From Ascidiella aspersa (Eukaryota), in contig OZ004608.1 of the NCBI GenBank assembly GCA_963924565.1, positions 28,396,001 to 28,460,000 of the forward strand: DNA of 64,000 bases, in the 5' to 3' direction. The notes beneath the pieces are model-generated. The model ran no database searches. It was not told the DNA's origin and worked only from the letters and a program-made list of their open reading frames with translations. Below are positions 40,669 through 51,467 of this stretch, piece by piece (the first letter of the stretch is position 1; each line of letters starts with the position of its first letter). The position numbers and the translations under genes were made by a program.

Positions 40669-41212
40669 AAGGTAGGTTCACACTAGGCGCGTCTGACGTT
40701 AACGTAAAACATTTCTTTAAAACGCTTTCGGTTGCAGAAAGTTGAAATATTTTAACTTTGACGCTTTCAGTTAGGCTACTGCAGTGTTTCTTAACCTCTT
40801 TAGCTCTCGTACCCTTTGAGCTTTCATGGAATTTTGTCGTACCCCCTGTATACGACGGTCGACGGAAGTAAATACATTTTTAATAATAGGAATTACACCC
40901 AGTGATTTATAAATACGTGTTGAATGCATGCATTAAAAACAAATCTTGTAATTTTAGCAATCAGTCTATAGTTACTAATAGGTTTTTTGTTCCACAAATA
41001 TGCCTAAAGAGCGCAACATTTCACACTGACTGTCGTACCCCCTGCTTTGGTGCTTCGCACCACCAAGGGGTACACGTACTCCTGGTTAGGAATCCCTCGG
41101 TTAGATGCAAGGAAATTTGCCGTTAACGCTGACAACGTATGTGTAAACTGGACAACGCTGGCGTTTGGCGCCAGATCCAGAAGCAAAACGCGTCTAGTGT
41201 AAATTACCCTTT
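40669..41212. mobile_element. MITE with a nested hAT-type MITE (40782-41098)
   Basis: Outer imperfect IR AAGGTAGGTTCACACTAGGCGCGT / ACGCGTCTAGTGTAAATTACCCTT; inner CAGTGTTTCTTAACC ... GGTTAGGAATCCCTC with CGTACCC subterminal motifs. TSDs not clean. Confidence 0.5.
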
Positions 41213-43573
41213 GGACAAGAATCGATATAAGCTTAAACTCTAAAATAGCGGACATCCCGATTCATGCCTCAACTTTCCACTTGGTGTGAATTTGAAAAAA
41301 ACAGTTTTGCATAGTTTTTTTGCCACATCTTTATGTTCGCCCTTCCTTAATGCTTTGTATTGTATCGCCACGCTCAAGCAACAAATACGGCTGCATGCCG
41401 ATAATTAATTTTTAAGGCGAAGTTTATGTAAATTTGTTACTGTATTTTCTTCGCAAGCTGTAAGCACGATATTATAGTCATTTAATCGTAATATGTAAAC
41501 CGGGGGCGTGCAAAAATTGGTAGCCACCCTTACCTACCTCTGTCTCGCGGTAACTTTATCTGCCAAACGATATTTTGTTATACTCTAATTATCGCCTTCT
41601 TCTGGTGTCTGCTTATATGCCCTGTTACTGTACCGGTATCTATTATTTTCGTTAGAGACCGTCCTGCCTTTGCCAAGGCCAGAACAGCAACCTCTGGTCT
41701 CCTTGCTTCCCCTCTATTTTGTGACTTTCTGCTATGAAATAAACTAAACAAGCTCACCGTACAACAAGTAGTTGGCAATAGCATATAGATGCTCCTACAC
41801 TTTTATACCGATCAACCAATTATGTATATCCGGACAGTTTACGGGACAAATGTGTGCATGCAGATTAGACCGCGGACCAAACGCATTGCTAATCGACATG
41901 GTTCATTTTAATGTAAACATACGCTCACTAAAAACGTATATGTTAAACAAATGCCAGGTTTACAGCGACGGGATTTATAAGGCCATATACTGAAGAAATT
42001 TCAAAGCGAGCGACATCTCATGTTCTATAAAAATCTTGGCATAAGCTTTAAAACCCTATTCGGGTCGCGCCCTAAAACTCAAGCTTGCCACCCGCTTCAT
42101 TGGACGCTTTGCGAGCCACATTTGGCCCGCGGGCAGCAGGTTGCAAATGTCAAATGTAAACTATCTTACCCGGGTGTCTAAAATATCCTATTTATTTTTT
42201 TTATTGATAGTTTATACAGGGTTACCTTCGGCAATTAGCACCAAAATATTGGTTTATGATGACGCTTTAATGCACGGTTTTACACAATTCCGTAAACATT
42301 TTCAGGCATAACGTAACAAGGGTGTAGCCTATCAATTTTGCTAGGGTGAACCATCAGATAGGGGTGAATGAAGGGTGAATTATAAGGTTAAACTTATTGT
42401 TTGTACGCCTTTTCCCATATACAGTCTAAAAATGTAGAACAAACACCATCAATTGTTAACTGTGTTAAAATTGCGTCCCGCTAAACAACTGGTTCTAAAA
42501 CCAAAGCATAGGCCTATACCAAATGCATATCACAATATATTTTTCAAGCGTATATAGTTAAGCAGAAATCTAATAAAGCACTGAGATCTGTCAATTTTCC
42601 TAATGGAAGTAGGAAAAGTTTCCTATTTTTACTTACATAAATGAAATATTTTGATATAGTTTTTAGTATGTTTCCTTCCTTGAATCTGTCCCTGCTACTC
42701 GTGATCGCCCCAGGCCCCAATCCCAAATCATATTTGTTGCCAACTTTTACTATGTAAATGCAAACACGTTTTTGCGCTCTTTTTTAAATTTTAGTAGTTG
42801 TGTGTGATTTAAGAAAATTTTTGCTTTAGCCAAAAGGCAACGGCGCCATGCCTACTATGGTATATTTGGCCGTTTAAACATAAACTCTAAAAATAAAAAC
42901 TGTAAAATTTAACTATAGAGTTATTATATCGCGAAATATTAAAAACTCTTTTATGCATATATGCGTCACGTATCCAATTTCGCTTTAGGCTGCATGTTTG
43001 CACACGAGTTACCTTAATCTTATTTTCGCCTCATTCACTTTTTAAGATTATAAATCTTTTATGACGTACCTCTCTAAAAATTTTCACGGTTCCAGAAATA
43101 AAAACTATGGATTCTCCGCTAACTGTGGTATTGACCTATAGTGAAAGATATGCAAAAATATTGAGAGAAAGCTTAACTTATTTGAAATACCTTCATGGCT
43201 ATCTCAAGGTCAATTTTATTTATGTATTGAGAAAATCGTTACTATACAGAAATGTAGAAAATCGTTTTTTCGGATGTGACATTTAATCAACAGTTTCATT
43301 TTTCTGTAATTATATCGAGAAATGTGACCGACCAAAATAGACATTGTTATTCGAGATCGTTTTGAAGCTGAAAATACCTTTAAAATACTGTGACGTACGT
43401 GTTTGCGTTTTAAACTATTTCTCTTGTCTAAAATTCTTGGACTGAATAACGACAAACTTTTTAGTTGCTGTTTTTTTGTAACCAAAGCGACCAAAAAAAT
43501 AGACTCTCGTGATTATACGCATGGTAGCTCTGTGTTCACACGCGAGACGGACACAGTCTAAAATAGACTAAAC

Positions 43574-43880
43574 CAGTGGTGTCCAACTCAAACTTGCCGA
43601 CGTGCCAATTTTTATTTTATAACCTCTTCCCGTGCCAAAGTTTAGCAACTATTTTTTTTCTAATATTAAAAGCGCTTTTATACAAAGAATAAAACCAGTA
43701 CAGTGTTATAATATCAGAAGTAATCGTTTGTTGTCGTAATTGCTGGATTGTTTTGTATTGTGAATATACAATGACAATTGACAGTACAACATATTTAGCT
43801 TTTTTGACAATTGGCTGTATTTTTGGGCGGCTTACGTGTCATTTTTTAATAGGTCGCGTGCCTCATTTTGGACACCCCTG
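43574..43880. mobile_element. hAT MITE, intergenic
   Basis: CAGTGGTGTCCAA / TTGGACACCCCTG TIRs; TSD GACTAAAC/GGCTAAAC; CGTGCC subterminal motifs. Confidence 0.75.
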
Positions 43881-44243
43881 GGCTAAACCCTTTATAGGTA
43901 AACCCAAGGTCAACGAACATATTAAACCAACAATTGCGCCCATTACCCTATACTACGGTACTTATTTTAAATATATATATATCGCAAAACAAGTAGGCCT
44001 GTGCGGCTCTCAAAAAATATTTTATTATCATTAGAGAACATTTTTTTTTTTGGTTTACTTAATTTTATGTTTATTATGTTTTTCACCTATATAGCCCCGT
44101 TTTAACGGCTCATTAATAAAAATTAACGGCAGTCGTTTATTTTGTGATGGCCTTCATCTAACTCAGTGTTCGGCAAACGTTGCGGCCTAAAATACTGTTC
44201 TAAGGCCTAAGGAATTCCCTCTACGTGAAACTATGACATAGGC

Positions 44244-45381
44244 CAGTGGTTCTCAACCTGGGGGTCGCGACCCCCAAGGGGGTCTCGCAAGGGGCTGTCT
44301 GGGCGGTCGCCATGTACAATTTCATTAAATAAGAGTTAGGCAACATGAAGTAACAGTTTAGCAGTATAGAAGGTGCAAAAGAACCGTCGGTCTAACATTT
44401 GTCTTTGTGCGGCTTTTACTGCAGTGAACCTGTCGCGTTTATGACGTCACCATTACACTTTTCAATTAATAACTCAAGCCTAGCTTCAGTCAAACGATGT
44501 CTAATAAAAATGAATGGACGCTCCAGGATTGCCAGAAGGCCTAAAATTTGAACCAAAAACAATAAATTGTCTTAATTTAACTGCTGTGTCCGACGGTTTG
44601 TAAATCATTAGGTAAAGTTTCTGTCCTAATTCGGCCAAATTTATTTGAAACATTGTGGGATGAAGTAAAACCACGGGCTCGCGAGGCCTACAAACTTTGT
44701 TTATACCAGCTTTAACAACGTTAATTGAAAAATTGTTCGCGCTTCGCGCGATTTTGATGCGTATTTCTGCAATAATTTTCTGCAGTACTAAAGCGTCAGG
44801 TGTAGTGTAGGGCGCTTTAGTTCCACATTGAAATTTAGGCCAAGTAACAATAAAATTTGTGCTAGGTTTACAATAGGTTACAGGCAAAGTATTTCTACTT
44901 TTCAGCGGTGTCATAACATTTAAAATAGCCTTTTCAAAACATCCACAGAATACCGGTATTAAAATTTTGGTCTTGCCGTTTTGGCAAAGAGAAATAGAAT
45001 TTACAGACAGCTTTATGCTGTTAAAGACTAACCGTTTTGTAAATTTGTAAGGAATTTTGGCTGCTCACCAAGAACAGTTACCTCCATTGATTAAATTTAG
45101 TCTCGCACTAGGTTCATGCTAAATATTATTTGACCTAAAATGTCAATCTCTGACAACCCTGGCTCAAACCGTAACTTTAGCTTGTCGTGCATAGCACATT
45201 TTAGCCAAATTTTGATACAATCCTAAACTAGATATTTTCCCTTTTGAATTTTGCCAATTTTAAAATATTTTTTTATTTTTTATTTATTTTTTTTTATTTA
45301 TCATACACTATAATTGGGGGGTCGCGCAAGTTATCGAAAACTTAAAGGGGGTCGCGAAAACAAAAAGGTTGAGAACCACTG
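44244..45381. mobile_element. Non-autonomous hAT element (~1.14 kb), intergenic
   Basis: Perfect 16-bp TIR CAGTGGTTCTCAACCT / AGGTTGAGAACCACTG; perfect TSD ACATAGGC; GGGGTCGCG subterminal motifs at both ends. Confidence 0.92.
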
Positions 45382-47643
45382 ACATAGGCGGAACCGAAGG
45401 AATTTTGTTTGAGAGGCCATGGACATTTTTAGAACGACGTCGATAAATTTTGTCATAAAACAATTAAAAACGAATAAAACTAGTGTATCGCACAAGATAA
45501 AACGTCCCAAACATTTAATAAACAATTAAGGCCGACAAACTATAACTATAAACGCACCTAAATTAAAAGACAATGCAAAACCTATGTGAACTACAATTTT
45601 GGACGAAGTTTAACGACGACTTGCCGATATGGACAAAATTAATGGACGACTTGCGGTGATTTTTGGCTAGTGGTAAATTAATTGAATGTCAACTATGTAA
45701 AATAGCTAAAATTGTCACACTATATATTTATAACAGGGTTGCTTGTTAATAGAAACTAGAAATACGTTTATTTGACTAGCACCATTAGATACTCATTTGT
45801 TTCATTCATAGAACGCAAATAAAAAGATTGGTAAAACTAGTAGAATAATAATAGTTGTGTTGCAGTCATAATAGTGTTTTTCTTGCACACGACAAATGTC
45901 AATTCGTCAATATATTTTCAATTTTAAACGTCATGATCGCAAACCCCATGACTGTCGAAAGCTTTTCGACCCATATAAGGTTCGACTGATGCGCATGATT
46001 TGTTAAAAGACACATGACTGGAATCAGGCCTAAAACCACGTACAGGATAAAAGCTCAGGTCACGAGGATATTCTTGGAATAAATAAATGAAGCGCTTATT
46101 CCAACTACACGAGAAGTTTGATCGCCGTATCGCGGAACGGTATCAGTCAAGCTAGGGCCAATGTGCCGCGATCCGTAAATTTCTACGGCACGCAATCATC
46201 CGGGTAACCACAAAAACAAAAACCCTATTGAGTCTGTGATACAGGATATGCTGTCTGGATTATTTTTATTGGCCGTTTTGTCTCTGCGAACAATATGCTG
46301 TAAGTTGCTTCTGGTGCGCTAATTGTTTTAATAAAAATGACATTCGTTTGTAGATCTGACCAAACTCAATTTTTGTGATTTTCACTTTTTCTTTGAAAAT
46401 GCAAACATAGGTATATATAGAAGGCAAAGCAATTTGCTAATCTTATTGCAGGCAACCTGCATCAGCGGTTGAGTCATCCATGCATAGCGAGCAAAATTCT
46501 CGAGGGCTGGTGTGCAAGAGGCATATCTGACTTTGTCTATAGGGCAATTTTTCTCAGTTAGCTGTTAACGTTAAAAGAAAGTTTCCTGATTAGTAGGGTG
46601 TTTATTTTTGGACCTGAAAATGATACATTTTGACCTATAAATTGGGTTTTAAATGCAGACTTCTTAAAAATGGTTTTAATTAATATTTTTGATATCAAAA
46701 GATTTAAACAACTATAATATAGGTCAAAAATGTCTCATTTTTAGGTCAAAAAATTAATATTTTCATATCGAAGATTTAAACAACTATAATATAGGCAAAA
46801 AAGAACAATTTTAATAAACCTTTAAGTAAACAGTTTAGTTAAAATATAAGGTGTCATATTATCGAAATAGCAAACGGTATAATTGCAAGCACCACCGATA
46901 AACACTCAGCAAATTTGTCAAAATCAGAGATCTAAAGCAAAATTGCTGTATGCAGAACCTAACACGTTAAATGTGTATTGCTCTAATGAAAATATAATAC
47001 AGTTAAACTCTTGTTGGATGTAACTCAAAACTAAATATTAATAAAAGTTTAAACCAAACGACAATTTCAAAAAGCTTATTACAGTTTGTGTTAATTTGGT
47101 AACGATTTTTGGGCATTTTGTAAACACTTTTGACTTCAACAATTTTGACAGAAATAATTTTCACAAATTTTGACCTAACGAGTGTTTTGACTCGTTTTGC
47201 AAGTAAAAAATAATCGTCCAACTGATGAGTTAATAAAGGTTTTCGACTGTTTTTGTAATAGGACGATTTTCTCTATGTTTTATGAATGCTTTAACAGATT
47301 ACAAATTAAAGTGCATTTCGCCAGGGTTGATAGGAATTGTTGGGAGCAAGTGTGAGATCTGAGTAGGCCTACATCTTGAAGCAAGAAACTGAATGTGCTC
47401 ACTGGGAAATATTTTGACAAACGCTACAGACTTTCCGCTATACGCGTTCTCAAACTTTAGGAAAAAGAGGACGCCGGAATACATGATGCGAATCCTTGTG
47501 GCCATGCAACACTTGCGAGTATCGCCAAGTCCGTGCATGGAGGCTTAGTAGTTGCTAAACGCTGGAACGAAAAAAGGGGGACAAGAAATTATAAATAGGA
47601 AAAATCACGCACCGGTGATATCATAGAGTTAGATTCATAGGAC

Positions 47644-47680
47644 TATTTAAGTCAGGCTTTAGTCAACGGTTAAGTCAGTT
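47644..47680 (+). promoter_or_regulatory. Possible core promoter (TATA-like plus Inr) of the Gly-rich gene
   Basis: TATTTAA at 47644 and TCAGTT initiator-like motif ~31 nt downstream, ~230 nt upstream of the ATG. Motif spacing only. Confidence 0.3.
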
Positions 47681-47907
47681 CCGCAGCTTTCCTCAATTTG
47701 TTCGACAAACCGACGTGAAATTAAAAATAAATTTCGGGGGCAAATTTTCGACGAAAGTACCGCTTAAAATTACTTTGACCTTGTGGTTTGCAAGCACATG
47801 CAAACTAAATAATCACTGATTAGCAACTTTACAATTGTATTCCTTGTAATTGCTCTATAGTCTAGGGTGTTGCATTTCTTTTACATTGTTTATAATTGTG
47901 TGGAAAA

Positions 47908-50111
47908 ATGACGACATCGCGGCATCTTTGGATGATAAGCGTCGCTTTGGTACTCTCAGTAACTTTCCAAATGAGCGGTAAGTAACTTAAACGTTGTAAG
48001 TAAAGCGTATAATTGTATTGTCCGCGAATTTGTTTTTTGTTTGAAAGTTAACTATATCGAAAATTAATTTGTTCATTCTACGTTACATACTACACTATTC
48101 CTTTTAGCTAAAATGCGTTAAGTCTTAAATTTACAGTTTTGCGTATTACTTCAAACCGCCAAACAAACCTTGCGGTAATTAATTGCAATATTATTTCCAT
48201 AAACATGAAAAACAAAATTATTTGAAGAATGAAATAAAGAGCTTATTTTGTTGGTTTGATGCAAAAGTTTTTTTTCTAAACTCAGACTTGATGGACTGTT
48301 AATAAGATGTTACCTTTTTATATTGTTGCGGGCGTTTTTCATTTCCTTCATTGATTTCGGCATGCATTGTATGCAATAGCGTTCGGTGTCATTCGCCCTG
48401 AATAAGGCAAATTGTGTGTATGTTGTCGAAACGTTGGAGAACAAAAAATACCAGTGGGGACACTTTGATTATAAAGATGCCTTGTAGCAACAGTTTATAG
48501 AATATTACAATACCAACACTGGCAAAATGAAACGTTTTTGCCACTTTGCCTAAATTTTAACTCTTTGTTTATTTTACAATAGATGCCGAACACGGCGGAC
48601 AACAATCACCGACGCCAAGCAGGCCTGTCCCAACTGGAATGATGGAAAGAATGACAACAACCGATTACGTTGCAATGTCGGGCGATAGGACAACAGCAAC
48701 ACATCATATGAGCGGCGATACGACAACATCAGTACACATGACGTACCCTACACACCCAACTACTCATACCGGTCCACAGCCAAACTACACAAGCCCAACA
48801 CCAACTCAACCAGGTCCATCACCAACAGGACCTAGCCCCAGTCCAACTGGTCCAGCACCTACTGATGAGCCAGGTACTAGATTTGCTAAAATATTCTTAG
48901 AGTTTTTATACCAAATATAACACCATTCTTTATTTCAAATCAAAATTTTATTTAAAATCAACCAAAAAATTGTCTAATTACAAATCCCCTTTTTTCGTAC
49001 GTGCACAGGTGGCATGCAGACGTACGCGTGTCAGATGGCAGCTTATCGGGAAGCTATGCAAGAGTACTTCAAGGTGGTGAGGATGTATTCCAAAATTAAC
49101 GGTGGATGCGGATGTGGAATGGGTGGACATGGAGACGGCATTGGTGGAAATGGTGGAGGATACGGTGGAAATGATGGCGGAATGGGCGGAAACAATGGTG
49201 GAATGGGTGGAAATAATGGTGGAATGGGTGGTTGCGGATGTGGAATGGGTGGGCACGGTGGCGGAATGGGTGGAAACGGTGGTGGCATGGGTGGAAACGG
49301 TGGCGGAATGGGTGGAAACGGTGGTGGAATGGGTGGAAACGGTGGCGGAATGGGTGGAAATGGAGGCGGAATGGGTGGAAATGGTGGTGGAATGGGTGGA
49401 AACGGTGGCATGGGTGGACACGGTTGCGGACAGGGTGGACACGGCGGTGGAATGGGTGGAAACGGTGGCATGGGTGGAAATGGTGGCGGTATGGGTGGAT
49501 ACGGTGGCGGAAACGGTGGAAATGGTGGAGGAAACGGTGGGTGTGGCTGCGGACAACATGGTGGTGGCATGGGTGGAAATGGTGGTGGAATGGGCGGAAA
49601 TGGTGGTGGCATGGGTGGAAATGGTGGTGGAATGGGTGGAAATGGTGGTGGCATGGGTGGAAATGGCGGAGGAATGGGTGGAAATGGTGGCGGAAACGGT
49701 GGAAATGGTGCTGGCAACGGTGGTGGACATGGAGGCGGAATGGGGGGAAACGGCGGCGGAATGGGTGGACACGGAGGCGGAATGGGTGGAAATGGTGGAG
49801 GAATGGGTGGACATGGTGGCGGTATGGGTGGAAATGGTGGCGGTATGGGTGGATACGGTGGCGGAAACGGTGGAAATGGTGGCGGAAACGGTGGGTGTGG
49901 CTGCGGACGTCATGGTGGTGGCATGGGTGGAAATGGTGGTGGCATGGGTGGAAATGGTGGTGGAATGGGTGGAAATGGTGGTGGCATGGGTGGAAATGGT
50001 GGTGGAATGGGTGGAAATGGTGGTGGCATGGGTGGAAATGGCGGAGGAATGGGTGGAAATGGTGGCGGAAACGGTGGAAATGATGCTGGCATGGGTGGAT
50101 TTTGGTGGTAA
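47908..50111 (+). CDS. Secreted Gly/Met/Asn-rich repeat protein (~487 aa), probable extracellular structural protein
   Basis: Exons 47908-47977 (signal peptide MTTSRHLWMISVALVLSVTFQMS, GTAAGT donor), 48583-48873 (Thr/Pro-rich), 49009-50111 (short helical segment, then GGGMGGN heptads with GCGCG motifs, ending GGFWW*). All phase 1; 1464 nt in frame. Confidence 0.85.
49100..50105 (+). repeat. Coding 21-nt tandem repeat (GGN GGN ATG GGT GGA AAY GGN) with ~354-nt higher-order duplication
   Basis: Variation falls mostly at third codon positions of the Gly frame; GTGTGGCTGCGGAC recurs at 49541 and 49895. Confidence 0.95.
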
Positions 50112-51467
50112 ATGCAACGACACAGTGAAGACGGGTAGCCTTAAAACATTTTTGCAATTAAAAAACAGCTTTAACGATGTATATATGGAATAGAGCACAA
50201 CCTATCGCGCTTATGTTTTTGACAACTTTATATGCATAACTTCATATTGTGATTTGTTATCCCAATATATATTGCTTGTATGAAAATGTGTTCCGAACAA
50301 ACTCCTAAAAATTACAAAATAATTTTTCAAGGATTAAATGGCACACCTTTTATTAAATATTTCATGTACAAATCATTTAAGTTGTTGCTTGAAGTGTAGT
50401 TGGTATTTTAAAAGTGGGCGATTTTAGCCCGTTTTATGACAACCTTAGAAAGGCTTGAATAAAGCACAATATACCAAGAGAGCAACTTAAAATTGCCGCT
50501 TATCGCAATAAATAAAACAGTAATAATGTGTTATGGGTTTTTCAACTGTATGCCGTGACACACCTACTCAGTGTATGTTACCCGTGTGCCGCGGTATTTA
50601 ATGGTGAATTGAAAAATAACCTAAAATTATTATTATTGAGAAATAACCCAAAATTACCTAAAATTAAAAACAAATATAGCATGAAGCCAGAATTGCAAGA
50701 TATCATAGTACATCAACTAGTATAAATAAATTATATTGTAGTATTGCGGTATTGGCCTGCCGTGTTTGTGTTAATAGTTAGGTAATTATTAATGGTTCTG
50801 AAAAAAAGTATGCATGGATTTAATTTAACATTTTTAGAGTCATATTTTACAAAAAATGCTTGAAAACCACTAATGTTTAGTTAAACATAAAATGCCATAT
50901 AAACACGTAAAGAACTTATAAAGACAATGGAAAACAACAGATTTGAGTACATATAATGTCGCATTGATTAACATATACTCATAGTAGGCTAATCTCTGTT
51001 GTGTATATTTGAACTTACGAATAAATAAAAACAGGACTTTGTTAATTACAAGTCTTCAAACAATAAAACACACTTTTAATATTGTACTGTTCCATTATCC
51101 TCGTAACTTTCACAAATACCCTAAGATGATAACAGCCTTAAACTTTCTCAAACCATATGCACCAATATAAGTGTCCGACTGTCCGTGAGTGCACTGAAAA
51201 TTTTACAACATTTTTGTTTTAAATGTAGCTTTAAGCACTTTTTAAACAATGTTGAACTCACTATTAGCTGGTTTACAATTTGCAGACGTAGTTTTGCAAA
51301 ATTTTGTTCAAAGCAGTGTTGAACTATTAAAGGATCCGTATCTTTAAATTACTTGACTACACTGCAGAGCCTATTAAAACTCCCCAGCAAAATCTATTGA
51401 ACTCAAAGGCGTAAAGGTAAACATTTTTTACTGAAAGGCCTCTTTTTCACAATTAGGCGACTTCAAG

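Noticed and set aside
44501-44914. 137-aa ORF inside the hAT element as a transposase remnant
   Set aside because: No recognisable BED finger, DDE or hAT dimerisation motif.
49100-50105. Regular short repeats as a possible CRISPR array
   Set aside because: No unique spacers, the repeat is coding, and the context is eukaryotic.
48978-50198. Long alternative-frame ORFs (His/Thr-, Pro-, Trp- and Val/Glu-rich) over the Gly repeat
   Set aside because: Stop-free shadows of a low-complexity repeat. Only the Gly frame has splice support, a signal peptide and third-position variation.
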